Positions 36,625 to 46,132 of a DNA stretch of 64,000 nt are shown here, in pieces; within the stretch, counting starts at the first letter, position 1, and every line of letters begins with the position of its first letter. The translations under genes were made by a program, and so were the position numbers. The DNA is from Nitrospinota bacterium. GTDB lineage: Bacteria; Nitrospinota_A; UBA7883; JACRLM01. The DNA lies in contig JACQXA010000004.1 in NCBI GenBank assembly GCA_016208975.1, positions 2,013,941 through 2,077,940 of the forward strand, read 5' to 3'. The notes under the pieces are model-generated. The model was given only the letters and a program-made list of their open reading frames with translations, was not told the origin of the DNA and searched no databases.

Positions 36625-37523
36625 AAAAATTTAATTTGCGCCCGCTAGCAGGCATTTTCGCTGTTGGATTGGCCCTGTTATTGGCAGGCCCGGCGGATTC
36701 CCAGGACTGGGGAAGCATCATTATGAAAGGGCTGGAGAAGAAAGACGCCATAATCAAGACCGCCACGGCCCTTCGCAAAGGTTTCTCCGAGCTTACGGAG
36801 GAGGAGGAATATTACATTGGCCGGTCGGTGGCGGCGAAAATCCTTAGCCAGTACAAACCGGTGGATGACAAGAGACGGACGGGTTACATAAACACCCTTG
36901 GGCAAACGCTGGCGCGGTTCTCCACCCAGCCGGAAACTTTCGGCGGCTACCATTTCATGCTGATAAATAGCGGCGAGATAAACGCTTTTGCGGCGCCGGG
37001 CGGGTTCATTTTCATCACCACGGGGCTTTATTCGCGGGTGAAGTCCGAGGAACAGCTGGCGGCGGTGCTGGCGCATGAAATTAGTCATGTGACGCTCAAA
37101 CACGGGTTGTCGGCCATTAAATCCTCTCGCCTCACCGAGGCGTTCACCATAATCGGGACCGAGGCGGTGAAAGAATATTCCTCGGCGGAGGTGGCCCAGC
37201 TTACCGCCGCGTTCGAGGGGACCATAGATGACATCGTGAACAAGATGGTGGTGAACGGATATTCCCGCTCGCAGGAGTTTGAGGCCGATGAGGAGGCGTT
37301 GAAAACAACATGGAAGGCTGGCTACAACCCGGCGGGGCTGGCGCAGTTTCTTGCTACGCTGGCCGAAGAGGCCAAGGGAGCCGGGGAAACGGGATTTTAC
37401 AAGACGCATCCGCCCGCCGCGGACAGGCTGGCCAGTTGCGAGAAGCTTATAAAGAAAAACAAATACGAAGCGGTAGACGAGCCTGCGCGGGAGCAAAGGT
37501 TCAAGGCGTTTGCGGCTAAATGA
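36621..37523 (+). CDS. secreted M48-family zinc metallopeptidase
   Basis: HEISHVTLKHG (HExxH), signal peptide; ATGA overlap with upstream gene. Confidence 0.85.
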   Translation: MKKFNLRPLAGIFAVGLALLLAGPADSQDWGSIIMKGLEKKDAIIKTATALRKGFSELTEEEEYYIGRSVAAKILSQYKPVDDKRRTGYINTLGQTLARFSTQPETFGGYHFMLINSGEINAFAAPGGFIFITTGLYSRVKSEEQLAAVLAHEISHVTLKHGLSAIKSSRLTEAFTIIGTEAVKEYSSAEVAQLTAAFEGTIDDIVNKMVVNGYSRSQEFEADEEALKTTWKAGYNPAGLAQFLATLAEEAKGAGETGFYKTHPPAADRLASCEKLIKKNKYEAVDEPAREQRFKAFAAK

Positions 37524-38332
37524 ACATTGGCTTGACTGGTAATTTAGGGAGGCGCGCCTTGTCCGCCAAGAAACTGGTCGTCGCGTTAATAATCTGTTTT
37601 GGATTATCCGGATATGCCGCCGGGGGCGATAGCGGTGTCTATCAGGTTGGGGTGGTGAACGCCCTGTCTGTGGGGGTGCTTGAGGGGGACGTTACTATCG
37701 GCGAGTTGAAGAGAGAAGGGGACACAGGCATCGGCACGTTCAACGGGCTGGATGGCGAAATGGCCGTGGCGGACGGCGTTGTTTATCAGATTAAAAGCGA
37801 CGGGGTGGCCATACCCGCTGGTGACACATTGAAAACACCATTCGCCACTGTGACAATGTTTGCGCCGGACCGGGAGGTGAAGCTTGCCAGTGTGGAGAGT
37901 TTCACGAACATGGCCGCCCAGCTGGACAAGGCGTTGCCCACGTTAAACGCCATCTACGCCGTGCGGATAGACGGCAAGTTCGAATACCTGAAAGCCCGGA
38001 GCGTTCCCGGCCAGAAACGGCCATACCCCACGTTGAACGATGTGGTGAAACAGCAGACCGTATTCACGTATGAAAGCGTGGAGGGGACGCTGGTGGGGTT
38101 CAGGTTCCCCTCGTATATGAAGAGCGTGAACGTGCCCGGCTGGCATCTACATTATTTAACAAAAGACCGGAAGCGGGGCGGACATGCGCTGGATTTGCGG
38201 GCGGTGAGCCTGACGGCCAAACTTTCGACGGCCAGCCGCCACACGGTAAAGTTGTTCTACAACGCCGATTTTAACCAGGCGGATTTGGCCGGAGCCGGGG
38301 AATACTCAAAAAGTTTCGCGCCGGAGAAGTAG
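37520..38332 (+). CDS. alpha-acetolactate decarboxylase-family protein with signal peptide
   Basis: VYQVGVVNALSVGVLEGDVTIGEL..GIGTFNGLDGEMAVADGVVYQ ALDC signature; ATGA overlap with M48 gene. Confidence 0.8.
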   Translation: MNIGLTGNLGRRALSAKKLVVALIICFGLSGYAAGGDSGVYQVGVVNALSVGVLEGDVTIGELKREGDTGIGTFNGLDGEMAVADGVVYQIKSDGVAIPAGDTLKTPFATVTMFAPDREVKLASVESFTNMAAQLDKALPTLNAIYAVRIDGKFEYLKARSVPGQKRPYPTLNDVVKQQTVFTYESVEGTLVGFRFPSYMKSVNVPGWHLHYLTKDRKRGGHALDLRAVSLTAKLSTASRHTVKLFYNADFNQADLAGAGEYSKSFAPEK

Positions 38333-38374
38333 GGCGCATCTCCAGAAAGCTCCCCCTCAACCCGACGCTTGGGG

Positions 38375-38593
38375 TTACTTCCCTTTGGCCCCTTCGCGGG
38401 AGGCTTCGTCGTTTAGCCGTTTTAGAAACTCGGCGGTATCCAACCCGTGCATCGTGGCGGCCCATTCCACGGTTTCAAGCTTGGCTCCGCCGCAGGATTT
38501 ACAGCCCATCCCATAAGAATCAAACACTTTGATGGCGGAAGGGTGTTCCCGCATGAGCTGATGCAGTACCGATTCTTTACTTATTTTTTCCAT
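38375..38593 (-). CDS. DUF1858-type small redox-disulfide protein
   Basis: ~70 aa, GCKSCGG pair, typical DUF1858 length/sequence. Confidence 0.7.
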   Translation of the reverse strand: MEKISKESVLHQLMREHPSAIKVFDSYGMGCKSCGGAKLETVEWAATMHGLDTAEFLKRLNDEASREGAKGK

Positions 38594-38678
38594 GACACTT
38601 TCAAAAAACAGTTGCCAAAGTCACAATACATGCTAACATTACTATTTTTGATTTTGAACCGTTTTTTGCGAGCGTTAC

Positions 38679-38873
38679 ATGGCTAAAGAATGTGAGATCT
38701 GCGGGAAAAAGCCGATGTTCGGCAACAACGTGAGCCACGCCCATAACGTCACCCGGCGGCGGTGGAACCCGAACCTTAAATCGGTACGGTCCGTCACGGC
38801 CAATGGCGGTGTGAAAAGGGTCACCGTTTGTGTGGACTGCATCACCTCCGGCAAGGTTAAAAAACCCGCGTAA
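38679..38873 (+). CDS. rpmB: 50S ribosomal protein L28 (short form)
   Basis: MAKECEICGKKPMFGNNVSHAHNVTRRRWNPNL...VCVDCITSGKV. Confidence 0.92.
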   Translation: MAKECEICGKKPMFGNNVSHAHNVTRRRWNPNLKSVRSVTANGGVKRVTVCVDCITSGKVKKPA

Positions 38874-38927
38874 GTTTTTCCGGCCCGGCAAATCAAGCGC
38901 GGGCCGGGCCTCACTGGGCTTAAAAAA

Positions 38928-39383
38928 ATGTCCGGTTATCTAATCCGCCAGGCCTCTTTTGACGACATCCCTGCCATCGTCCGCCTGCTGTGCGAGCTTT
39001 ATTCCATCGAATCCATGTTCACTCCCCGGCCGGACACGCATTCAGCCGGGTTAAAAATGGCCCTCGACAACCCGCATTTGTCCCGCCTGTTAGTGGTGGA
39101 GCATACAAGTGACGTGGTGGCTTTCGCCAATCTGCAACTTATGGTAAGCACCTATCATGGCGCCATGACCATACATATAGACGATTTCATCATCACCCGG
39201 GCCCACCGGCAAAACGGGGTGGGCCGGATCCTCATGAACGGCGTTTTCGACACGGCCAAAAAGCTGGGCGCGCCCAGGGTTAGCGTGAACATAGACAAGG
39301 CCAACAGCCCCGCCTTCGCCTTCTACGGCAAGATGGGCTTTGTTTCCATGGAACTGGAGCGGTACCAGCGGCTGGATTTTTAG
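38928..39383 (+). CDS. GNAT-family N-acetyltransferase
   Basis: RQNGVGRILMNGVFDTAKKLGAPRVSVNI acetyl-CoA binding motif A. Confidence 0.85.
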   Translation: MSGYLIRQASFDDIPAIVRLLCELYSIESMFTPRPDTHSAGLKMALDNPHLSRLLVVEHTSDVVAFANLQLMVSTYHGAMTIHIDDFIITRAHRQNGVGRILMNGVFDTAKKLGAPRVSVNIDKANSPAFAFYGKMGFVSMELERYQRLDF

Positions 39384-39399
39384 ATCACAGCCGCTAGCT

Positions 39400-39873
39400 A
39401 TTTGGCTACCGCTTATTGTCATGCTGGGCGGAGCGAAACATCTACCCTGGCGATCCGTTCCTTCCACAAGGCGCGGCCCTCCTTCACATCGGCTAGTTCT
39501 TGCTCGCTCGCATGTAGAGACTTTTTTTTCGAGTGAAACCCAGCGCCTTCCGCAGAGTGTTGTGAACGGCCACAAGCGAAACTTTCAGGCCGCTCCGGTC
39601 GCGCAATTCGGCCAGTGTAGCGTCGGGATTGGCCAGAACATCCGCCTCCAGCTTGCTAAGCGCGTCCCCGGAAAACGCCGGTTTGCGCCCGCAATCAGAC
39701 GGCTTGGGCTCCAGCGAACCGGTGGCGTGGTAATGTTCTACAAGATGTTGCACTGTGGCCTTGGGCAATTTATAACGCGCCGCTATTTGCCCCAAGGACT
39801 CACCCTCCTTACGCGACTCGATCACCCTCCGGCGCAAATCTATGGATATTGGTTTCATCCATAAATTATACAC
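39400..39873 (-). mobile_element. IS630-family transposase remnant (N-terminal HTH portion only; DDE domain absent, 3' part frameshifted)
   Basis: ORF 39493..39873 LGQIAARYKLPKATVQHLVEHY...FTRKKSLYMRASKN (cf. IS630 ..KKTLHASEQ); further decayed transposase-like codons in another frame to 39400. Confidence 0.75.
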
Positions 39874-39900
39874 AGTATCTATGAAATATTAAAATGCTCT

Positions 39901-40256
39901 AGGCGTGACGCTGGGAAGCATATATAGTGTGACCTCGGGGAAGCGGTGGGGAAGGCGTCGCGCGAAGGGGCGGGTTTTAAATCCGCCCGCGCTACAAGCG
40001 GAACCAATGCGGACGCGCCCTGGTCATGGTTCGTGGCTCGACAAGCTACGCCGCCACGCCTCTATCGTATTGTCAGCGGTAGAACCGCCCCGGCTCAGGC
40101 TGAGCCTTCGCCACCCCGCCTTGCTAAGGCGGGGAAAAAGAAACCGAGGTCAGGCGACCTCGGGGAAGCATAAAGGAGCCCGAGGTCAGGCGACTTCGGC
40201 GAAGCGTATTTGGCGTGACGCTGGGGAAGCATGTAAAGGGTGTCTTCGGCGAAGCG
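39901..40256. repeat. cluster of REP-like repeats: short hairpin + GGGAAGC(A/G)T tail (>=6 units) plus GC hairpins
   Basis: units ggcgtgacgctgggaagcat, gtgacctcggggaagcgg, cgaggtcaggcgacctcggggaagcat, cgaggtcaggcgacttcggcgaagcgt, ggcgtgacgctggggaagcat, gtgtcttcggcgaagcgg. Confidence 0.7.
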
Positions 40257-40435
40257 GTAATCACTTGGTGGGCTTGTCATGCCGGACTTGATCCGGCATC
40301 GTGGCCTCTATTCATTTCTGCGTTAAGGTTCTGATGCCTGCTCATGCCGCCGTGTTGCAGGGATGATATTACCGGGAGCCGCTATTTGCCACCCAAGTGG
40401 GCAGGGCTTGCCCTGCCCCTACAATATGACTCCGT

Positions 40436-40867
40436 TTACGCGCAGGCCACGGTTATGGCGTGGGTGTGGCCCGTATTGTCCGCATTTGTGGTGATAACTA
40501 CTGTCGTCCCCGCTTGCAGTGTGTCGAACGATGCGGCGGGAACCGTTACCGAATGCGTATGGCCTGCGCTTCCCGCGCCAACCTGATATGTTTTTAGCGT
40601 TCCCTCAGTAACGTCGGCGGCTGGGATAGACGGCGAGGGGTGACCATGGTTCGTGCCTACCGTTGCCGTGGTTCCGTTTGTTTCGCAGGCGCTTAGCGGT
40701 TCCGGTGTGGATGTGTCGCCACCTGTATCCGGCGTTTCGTTGGAGGATGTGTCTGTGGATGATGAACCCGATGAGCCTCCACATGCATGAATCAATAATG
40801 ATAACCCGCCGGTGGTAGCGGCGAGCCCTAAAGCCGTGGTTAGAAACTTTCTTCTTGTGGGAACCAT
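40436..40867 (-). CDS. Tat-signal lipoprotein with Ser/Thr-rich linker and duplicated GHTH(S/A)(V/I)TV motif (possible metal-binding)
   Basis: PTRRKFLTTALGLAATTGG twin-arginine signal, IHAC lipobox-like, NHGHPSP / GHTHSVTV / GHTHAITV. Confidence 0.7.
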   Translation of the reverse strand: MVPTRRKFLTTALGLAATTGGLSLLIHACGGSSGSSSTDTSSNETPDTGGDTSTPEPLSACETNGTTATVGTNHGHPSPSIPAADVTEGTLKTYQVGAGSAGHTHSVTVPAASFDTLQAGTTVVITTNADNTGHTHAITVACA

Positions 40868-41011
40868 ATCCGCCTCCGCTGGTTAAGAGACCAAACAATG
40901 TCCCGCATAAGGCGTAAAAAATATGCGCCTTTCCCCTATTGGTAAAATGTATGCCTCAATAGTGGAAATAGTCAAATTATGATACTTAGGAGGAACCGTG
41001 GTCGGGCGACC

Positions 41012-41176
41012 ACGGGGAAGCATCGTCGTAACGCCGATATTGCGAAACGCCCTGGCTCATGCTTTGCCTTGGCCACCCCGCCTTCTCAAGGCTGGGAAAG
41101 GAACCGTGGCTGGCTACTTCGAGAAACATTTAAGGGGCGTGACCTCAGGGAAGCGTTAAAGGTTCTCCCTTATCCT
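41012..41176. repeat. second cluster of the same REP-like family (3 units) on the other side of the lipoprotein gene
   Basis: ccgtggtcgggcgaccacggggaagcat, ccaccccgccttctcaaggctggg (cf. ccaccccgccttgctaaggcgggg at 40110), ggcgtgacctcagggaagcgt. Confidence 0.7.
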
Positions 41177-42982
41177 TCTCGCCACGGTTTCGGAAACTTT
41201 CAGCGTTTCCATCAAGTCCTCAAGGGCGGCTTCCCGCGCGCGTTTGACGGATCCGAATTTCGTCAATAACAGTTTTTTGCGCCGGGGGCCTATGCCTGGC
41301 ACGTTGTCCAATGAAGACTCCCGCGCCGCCGCGTCCCGCGTTTGCCTGTGATAGGCCACGGCGAACCGGTGCGCCTCGTCCCGCGCCTGTTGCAGTAAAA
41401 ACCTGCCCGGCGAGGTGGGGGGGAACGGCGCAGGCTCCGCCCGGCCCGGCAATATAAACTCGTCGCTTTCAGGGTTCTCCCTGTCTGCGCCCTTGGCGAT
41501 GCCCACCACCGGCGGCGGCGTGATGTTCATGGACCGGAACGCCTCCATCACCGCGTTTACCTGCCCCTTGCCGCCATCTATTATCAACAGGTCGGCGAAA
41601 GGCTCGCCGGTTTCGGCCAATTTGGAAAACCTCCGCATTATCACCTCGGCCATGGAGGCGTAATCGTTCGGGCCGGTAACGGATTTAATCTTGTATTTGC
41701 GGTAATCATCCTTGGAAGGCGCGCCGTCTTTAAAAACTATCATGGAGCCCACCGCCGAAAGGCCGCTTGTGTTGGATATATCGTAAGCCTCCATGGTCAT
41801 TGGCGCGGAAGGAAGGCCAAGGGTGGCCCTGATTTCCTCCAGCGCTTCGCCACGGCTTTTGGATGTGTTCATTATGGCGCCAAGGTTCATCTTGGCGTTG
41901 CGCTCGGCCATGTTAAGAATCTGGCGTTTCCTGCCTTTCACCGGGGTGTATATGCGGGTTTTGCCGCCCCGTACCGCTGTCAGGCGTTCCTCCAGCGCTT
42001 CAACGCCATCAGGCGGCTCCGGCGTCAGGATTTCCGGCGGTATCTCCATGCCTTCCGCATAGAACTGGCGGATGAAGGCGCCCAGCGCCTCCGCCCGGTC
42101 GGCCCTATCCACCTTGTCGAAAATGAAATGCCGTTCCCCGTTCAGTTTCCCGCGCCGCACCTGGAATATCTTTATCATGGCCTTGCCAGCCTCTTCGTAA
42201 ATCCCCAGCGCGTCCAGGTTGCCCAGATCCGGCGAGGTGATCTTTTGCTTCTCGGCCAGGGTTTTAATGGCGGCGATCTGGTCGCGATACCTGGCGGCGG
42301 TCTCGAAATATTCCTTTTCCGCCGCGGCTAGCATCCCTTTTTCCAGCGCGTCCAACAGCCCGGCGTTGTTCCCCTTCAGGAACATGGCCACCTCGTTGAC
42401 AAGCTCCATATACTCCTCGCGGTCCACCAATCCCGCGCAAGGGGCCAGGCATCGTTTCATCTGGTAATTCAGGCATGGGCGGCGCAAGGGTTTGCCGTCC
42501 AGAATGTCGGTACTCTGGCGCAGTGGGAAAATCCTGTGGATGAGCCGCAGGGTGGAACGCACCGCCTTGCCGGAAACGTATGGGCCGAAATACATACCCT
42601 TGTCGTTATCCACCCTTCGCACCATGAAGATGCGGGGGAAAGCCTCGTCCAAGGTTATCTTTATATATGGATAGTTCTTGTCGTCCTTGAGCATCACGTT
42701 GTAACGGGGCTGATGCTTTTTGACGAAATTGTCTTCCAGCACCAGCGCCTCCACCTCCGTGGCGGTCACCATGAAACCGATGCTCCGCACCCGTTCCACC
42801 ATGTGGGCGATTCTTGGGGTGTGGGTTGCGGATTCCTGGAAATACGAGCGCACACGGTTGCGCAAGGATTTGGCCTTGCCTATGTAAAGGATTTTGCCAT
42901 CGGCGTCTTTCATCATGTAAACGCCTGGCTCCTGGGGCATGTTCTCCAGGATTTCTTTTAGATGCCCAAACCGGTCACTCAT
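41156..42982 (-). CDS. uvrC: excinuclease ABC subunit C
   Basis: MSDRFGHLKEILENMPQEPGVYMMKDADGKILYIGKAKSLRNRVRSYF GIY-YIG, C-terminal RNaseH-like/HhH. Confidence 0.93.
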   Translation of the reverse strand: MSDRFGHLKEILENMPQEPGVYMMKDADGKILYIGKAKSLRNRVRSYFQESATHTPRIAHMVERVRSIGFMVTATEVEALVLEDNFVKKHQPRYNVMLKDDKNYPYIKITLDEAFPRIFMVRRVDNDKGMYFGPYVSGKAVRSTLRLIHRIFPLRQSTDILDGKPLRRPCLNYQMKRCLAPCAGLVDREEYMELVNEVAMFLKGNNAGLLDALEKGMLAAAEKEYFETAARYRDQIAAIKTLAEKQKITSPDLGNLDALGIYEEAGKAMIKIFQVRRGKLNGERHFIFDKVDRADRAEALGAFIRQFYAEGMEIPPEILTPEPPDGVEALEERLTAVRGGKTRIYTPVKGRKRQILNMAERNAKMNLGAIMNTSKSRGEALEEIRATLGLPSAPMTMEAYDISNTSGLSAVGSMIVFKDGAPSKDDYRKYKIKSVTGPNDYASMAEVIMRRFSKLAETGEPFADLLIIDGGKGQVNAVMEAFRSMNITPPPVVGIAKGADRENPESDEFILPGRAEPAPFPPTSPGRFLLQQARDEAHRFAVAYHRQTRDAAARESSLDNVPGIGPRRKKLLLTKFGSVKRAREAALEDLMETLKVSETVARRIRENL

Positions 42983-43204
42983 ACCCTGATTATACATTCG
43001 CAACGAAACAAGCCGAAACCGCGCCGCTCAAAAAAAGGTGGTAACGTCCTACAAAAATTGGAGTTACGACTGTGAAAAAGAAACGAAAAATTCCACTTGC
43101 GTTTTAAACGCATTGAAACTACAATCCTTACCCGTTCAGTCATATTGGCACATCCATTGCTCAACAAACAGTCTAAATACCAGGGGATCATCCAGGAGGC
43201 TTAC

Positions 43205-43780
43205 ATGATGGAGGCTTTCCAGATTCCAGTGACCGCGGTGATTTCCATCATCGTCGGTTGTTCCGCGCTAGCGTTTACCTATTTCGATCCGGCGTTCCAC
43301 AGCGGCCGGACATCGCTTTACCACGTTGGCGATCATGATGTGCTTCACACCACCGAGGCTGAAAGGCTTTTCAACCGGCTTGTAAGCGATGAGAAACTGG
43401 CCTATGAACTGCTCCCCTTCGAAATGAAGCGGTGGTATGGTGACCGGGCCGGGGAGATAATGTTGCAGACTGTGGAACAGGCTTTGGTGGTAAACACGGC
43501 CAACCCCGAGATGTTCGACCGGTTACAAACTTTAAAAGGCATGGCGTTCTCGCTGATGGGCTCCCGAGAGCAAGCATTGACGGCTTATCGCGCCGCGGTG
43601 GACTTCAATCCGGGTAATGCAACCGCACGGGAGCGGCTGGACATTATTCAGGCGGAGCTGGACTCGGAGGCACAAGCCCTGGCGGCCCAGCAGGCGGCGG
43701 AATCAGGCGCTGTAACAGAGCAGGCCCAAGGCGAGGGCCCATTGAGCGCCTTGGCCGCCCCTGTGGGAAGCGCGGGCTAA
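43205..43780 (+). CDS. membrane-anchored TPR-like protein (start uncertain; ORF-track start 43097)
   Basis: one TM then helical repeat region. Confidence 0.5.
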   Translation: MMEAFQIPVTAVISIIVGCSALAFTYFDPAFHSGRTSLYHVGDHDVLHTTEAERLFNRLVSDEKLAYELLPFEMKRWYGDRAGEIMLQTVEQALVVNTANPEMFDRLQTLKGMAFSLMGSREQALTAYRAAVDFNPGNATARERLDIIQAELDSEAQALAAQQAAESGAVTEQAQGEGPLSALAAPVGSAG

Positions 43781-43914
43781 ATTTCCTTTTGGCCGGCTTC
43801 CAAACCGGCCATTTGTCCATTCAAGTCCCGGATTGTTAAACATTCCGCCTGGCGCCTCCTCCAAACCGGAATCTTGCATGCATTTGAAATCATCAATCAA
43901 TTGGAAAAACAATT

Positions 43915-45072
43915 TTGGGAAAAACAATGCCCGACGCTACGGAAATCTCCCCGGCTGAACTGTTGGGCCGGTTGAGAAACGGATTTGAACCGCTACTTCT
44001 GGACGTGCGCAATCCTGATGATTACGCAAGCTGGAGGATGGATTTTATAAGGGACCAGGTGAACATCCCGTATATAGATTTTATCGAGACGCCAGACGAG
44101 TCTGCCGGAAAAGTGCCCCAGGGCAGGGAAATCGTGGCCCTTTGCGCCAAGGGTGGCGCCAGCGCCTATGTTGCGAATATCCTCAAAGACAAAGGCATAA
44201 CCGCCGTCAACGTGGCTGGAGGCATGAAAGCCTGGGGCAATCTATACGTGAACACACCCGTTTGGGCCGGAAACGGAGCGGAGGTGATACAGTTCAACCG
44301 GGTGGGGAAAGGGTGCCTTTCCTATCTTCTGGTTTCCGGGGCGGAAGCGGTGGTGATAGATCCGGCGCGGCATGTGGAACAGTATCTGGCGGCCGCCAAA
44401 GAACGGGGCGTGAAAATAAAATACGTGTTCGACACCCATCTGCACGCCGACCACATTTCTGGCGGACATAGCCTGGCCCAGGTTGCGGGGGCGGAATACC
44501 GGGCAGGTTCGGCGGATATGGATTTGGCTACCACGCCGTGCCTGCCCGCCGGGGATGGCGAAGTTTACACCATCGGCGGAATGACTATCGAGGTGGTGTC
44601 GATGGCGTCGCCGGGGCACACGCCGGGCTCCACATGTTTTCTTTTCGCGGATAAACTGCTTTTCACTGGAGACACACTTTTTCTCTCCAGCATGGGCAGG
44701 CCAGACCTGGGGGGCCACGCCTCCGAATGGGTTTACAACCTGTGGGACACCATACGCAAATTTGAAAAGCTTGGCGATGATGTGCTAATAGCCCCCTCTC
44801 ACACCACCGGGACCATGGAGATGGATGAGCGGTGGCGCGTTATAAAGCCGCTGGGCGCGCTTCGAAAGACCAACCCGCTACTCACCATCGGGGACAAGGA
44901 GCGTTTTGCCGCCAAAATTCTTTCGTGCCTTCCAGCGGAGCCGGAGGACTACCAGAACATGCGGCACGCCAACCTGGGCCAGGTGGAGCCCGATGAAGAA
45001 ACCAAGGAACGCTGGGAATTGGGCCGGAACCGTTGCGCCGTTGAATCGGCGGCGGAGGCGCGTCACCGCTGA
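43915..45072 (+). CDS. rhodanese domain fused to MBL-fold hydrolase (persulfide-dioxygenase-like)
   Basis: rhodanese active-site loop VALCAKGGAS; MBL THLHADHISGG. Confidence 0.8.
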   Translation: MGKTMPDATEISPAELLGRLRNGFEPLLLDVRNPDDYASWRMDFIRDQVNIPYIDFIETPDESAGKVPQGREIVALCAKGGASAYVANILKDKGITAVNVAGGMKAWGNLYVNTPVWAGNGAEVIQFNRVGKGCLSYLLVSGAEAVVIDPARHVEQYLAAAKERGVKIKYVFDTHLHADHISGGHSLAQVAGAEYRAGSADMDLATTPCLPAGDGEVYTIGGMTIEVVSMASPGHTPGSTCFLFADKLLFTGDTLFLSSMGRPDLGGHASEWVYNLWDTIRKFEKLGDDVLIAPSHTTGTMEMDERWRVIKPLGALRKTNPLLTIGDKERFAAKILSCLPAEPEDYQNMRHANLGQVEPDEETKERWELGRNRCAVESAAEARHR

Positions 45073-45148
45073 TACCGGCGCCCAACCTGGAATGTTGAAC
45101 AGGCGCCGCTCCGGGGGTATGATGACGCTTATTCAAGAGGGGGGATAG

Positions 45149-46132
45149 ATGAAGGCGGTAAGGTTCACCGGCGAAGGGGCGCTAAGCTCCATCCGCGTCG
45201 AAAACCTTCCAGACCCGCTTCGGGCCGAGCCGGGGCGCGTGGTTGTGCGCGTCATGGCCTCTTCCCTGAACCATATGGACCTTTACTCCATGAGCCGGGG
45301 CGACGGGTTGGCCATACCCGGCTCCGACGGGGCGGGAGTGGTGGAGTATGCCGGGGCAGGAGTTACGGATTTCGTCCCAGGCGACGAGGTGATAATAAAT
45401 CCCAATATCGGCGAGCCGGATGAGGATAACTACACCATCCTGGGTTCCGGCGCAAACGGGACCCACGCCGAATTCATCTCCCTTCCATCCAGGAATCTAT
45501 TAAAAAAACCTTCATCGTTAAGTTTCGAGGAAGCCGCGGCGCTTCCCCTGTGCCTTATGACCGCATGGCGGCAGGTGGTGGTGAAAGGGGCCGCGCGGCC
45601 CGGGGAATGGGTTTTAATCCACGGCGCGGGCGGCGGCGTGTCCGTTTACGCCATGCAGATAGCGGCGCTTTGCGGGGCCAGCGTGATAGTGACCTCCGGC
45701 GACGAGGCGAAGCTTGGCAAAGCGGCCTTGCTGGGCGCCACGCACACCTTGAACCATCGCCATACCGACATCGTGGCCGAAGTGGCGGACATCACCGGCG
45801 GCCATGGAGCGGATGTGGTGATAGACAACGTGGGGGCCGAAACGTTTCCCACAAGCCTGGCGGTTGCGGCCACGGGAGGGCGCATTGTGATGTCCGGCAA
45901 CGTGTCCTCCGAGCAGGTTTCTTTCCATCCTGCGCCGTTATACTGGAAAGGGGTGACGGTGATGGGTTCGCTTATGGGCCGCACGGAGGAGCTGGAGAAA
46001 GCCCTGGCCCTGGCCGCCGAGGGGAAGATAAGACCGGTGATAGACAGCGTTTTCGACCTGTCCGATTACCGCATGGCCATGGAGCGGATGGTAGAGAACA
46101 GGCATTTCGGGAAGATCATCATTGGGCGTTAA
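45149..46132 (+). CDS. zinc-type alcohol dehydrogenase / quinone oxidoreductase (MDR superfamily)
   Basis: GHGADVVIDNVG, LIHGAGGGVS Rossmann motif. Confidence 0.85.
   Translation: MKAVRFTGEGALSSIRVENLPDPLRAEPGRVVVRVMASSLNHMDLYSMSRGDGLAIPGSDGAGVVEYAGAGVTDFVPGDEVIINPNIGEPDEDNYTILGSGANGTHAEFISLPSRNLLKKPSSLSFEEAAALPLCLMTAWRQVVVKGAARPGEWVLIHGAGGGVSVYAMQIAALCGASVIVTSGDEAKLGKAALLGATHTLNHRHTDIVAEVADITGGHGADVVIDNVGAETFPTSLAVAATGGRIVMSGNVSSEQVSFHPAPLYWKGVTVMGSLMGRTEELEKALALAAEGKIRPVIDSVFDLSDYRMAMERMVENRHFGKIIIGR

Noticed and set aside
39901-40256. Possible CRISPR array suggested by repeated ...GGGGAAGCAT units
   Set aside because: Units are degenerate, spacing is irregular (8-210 nt), spacers are not uniform, and no cas genes are present. 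Better explained as REP/BIME-like repeats.
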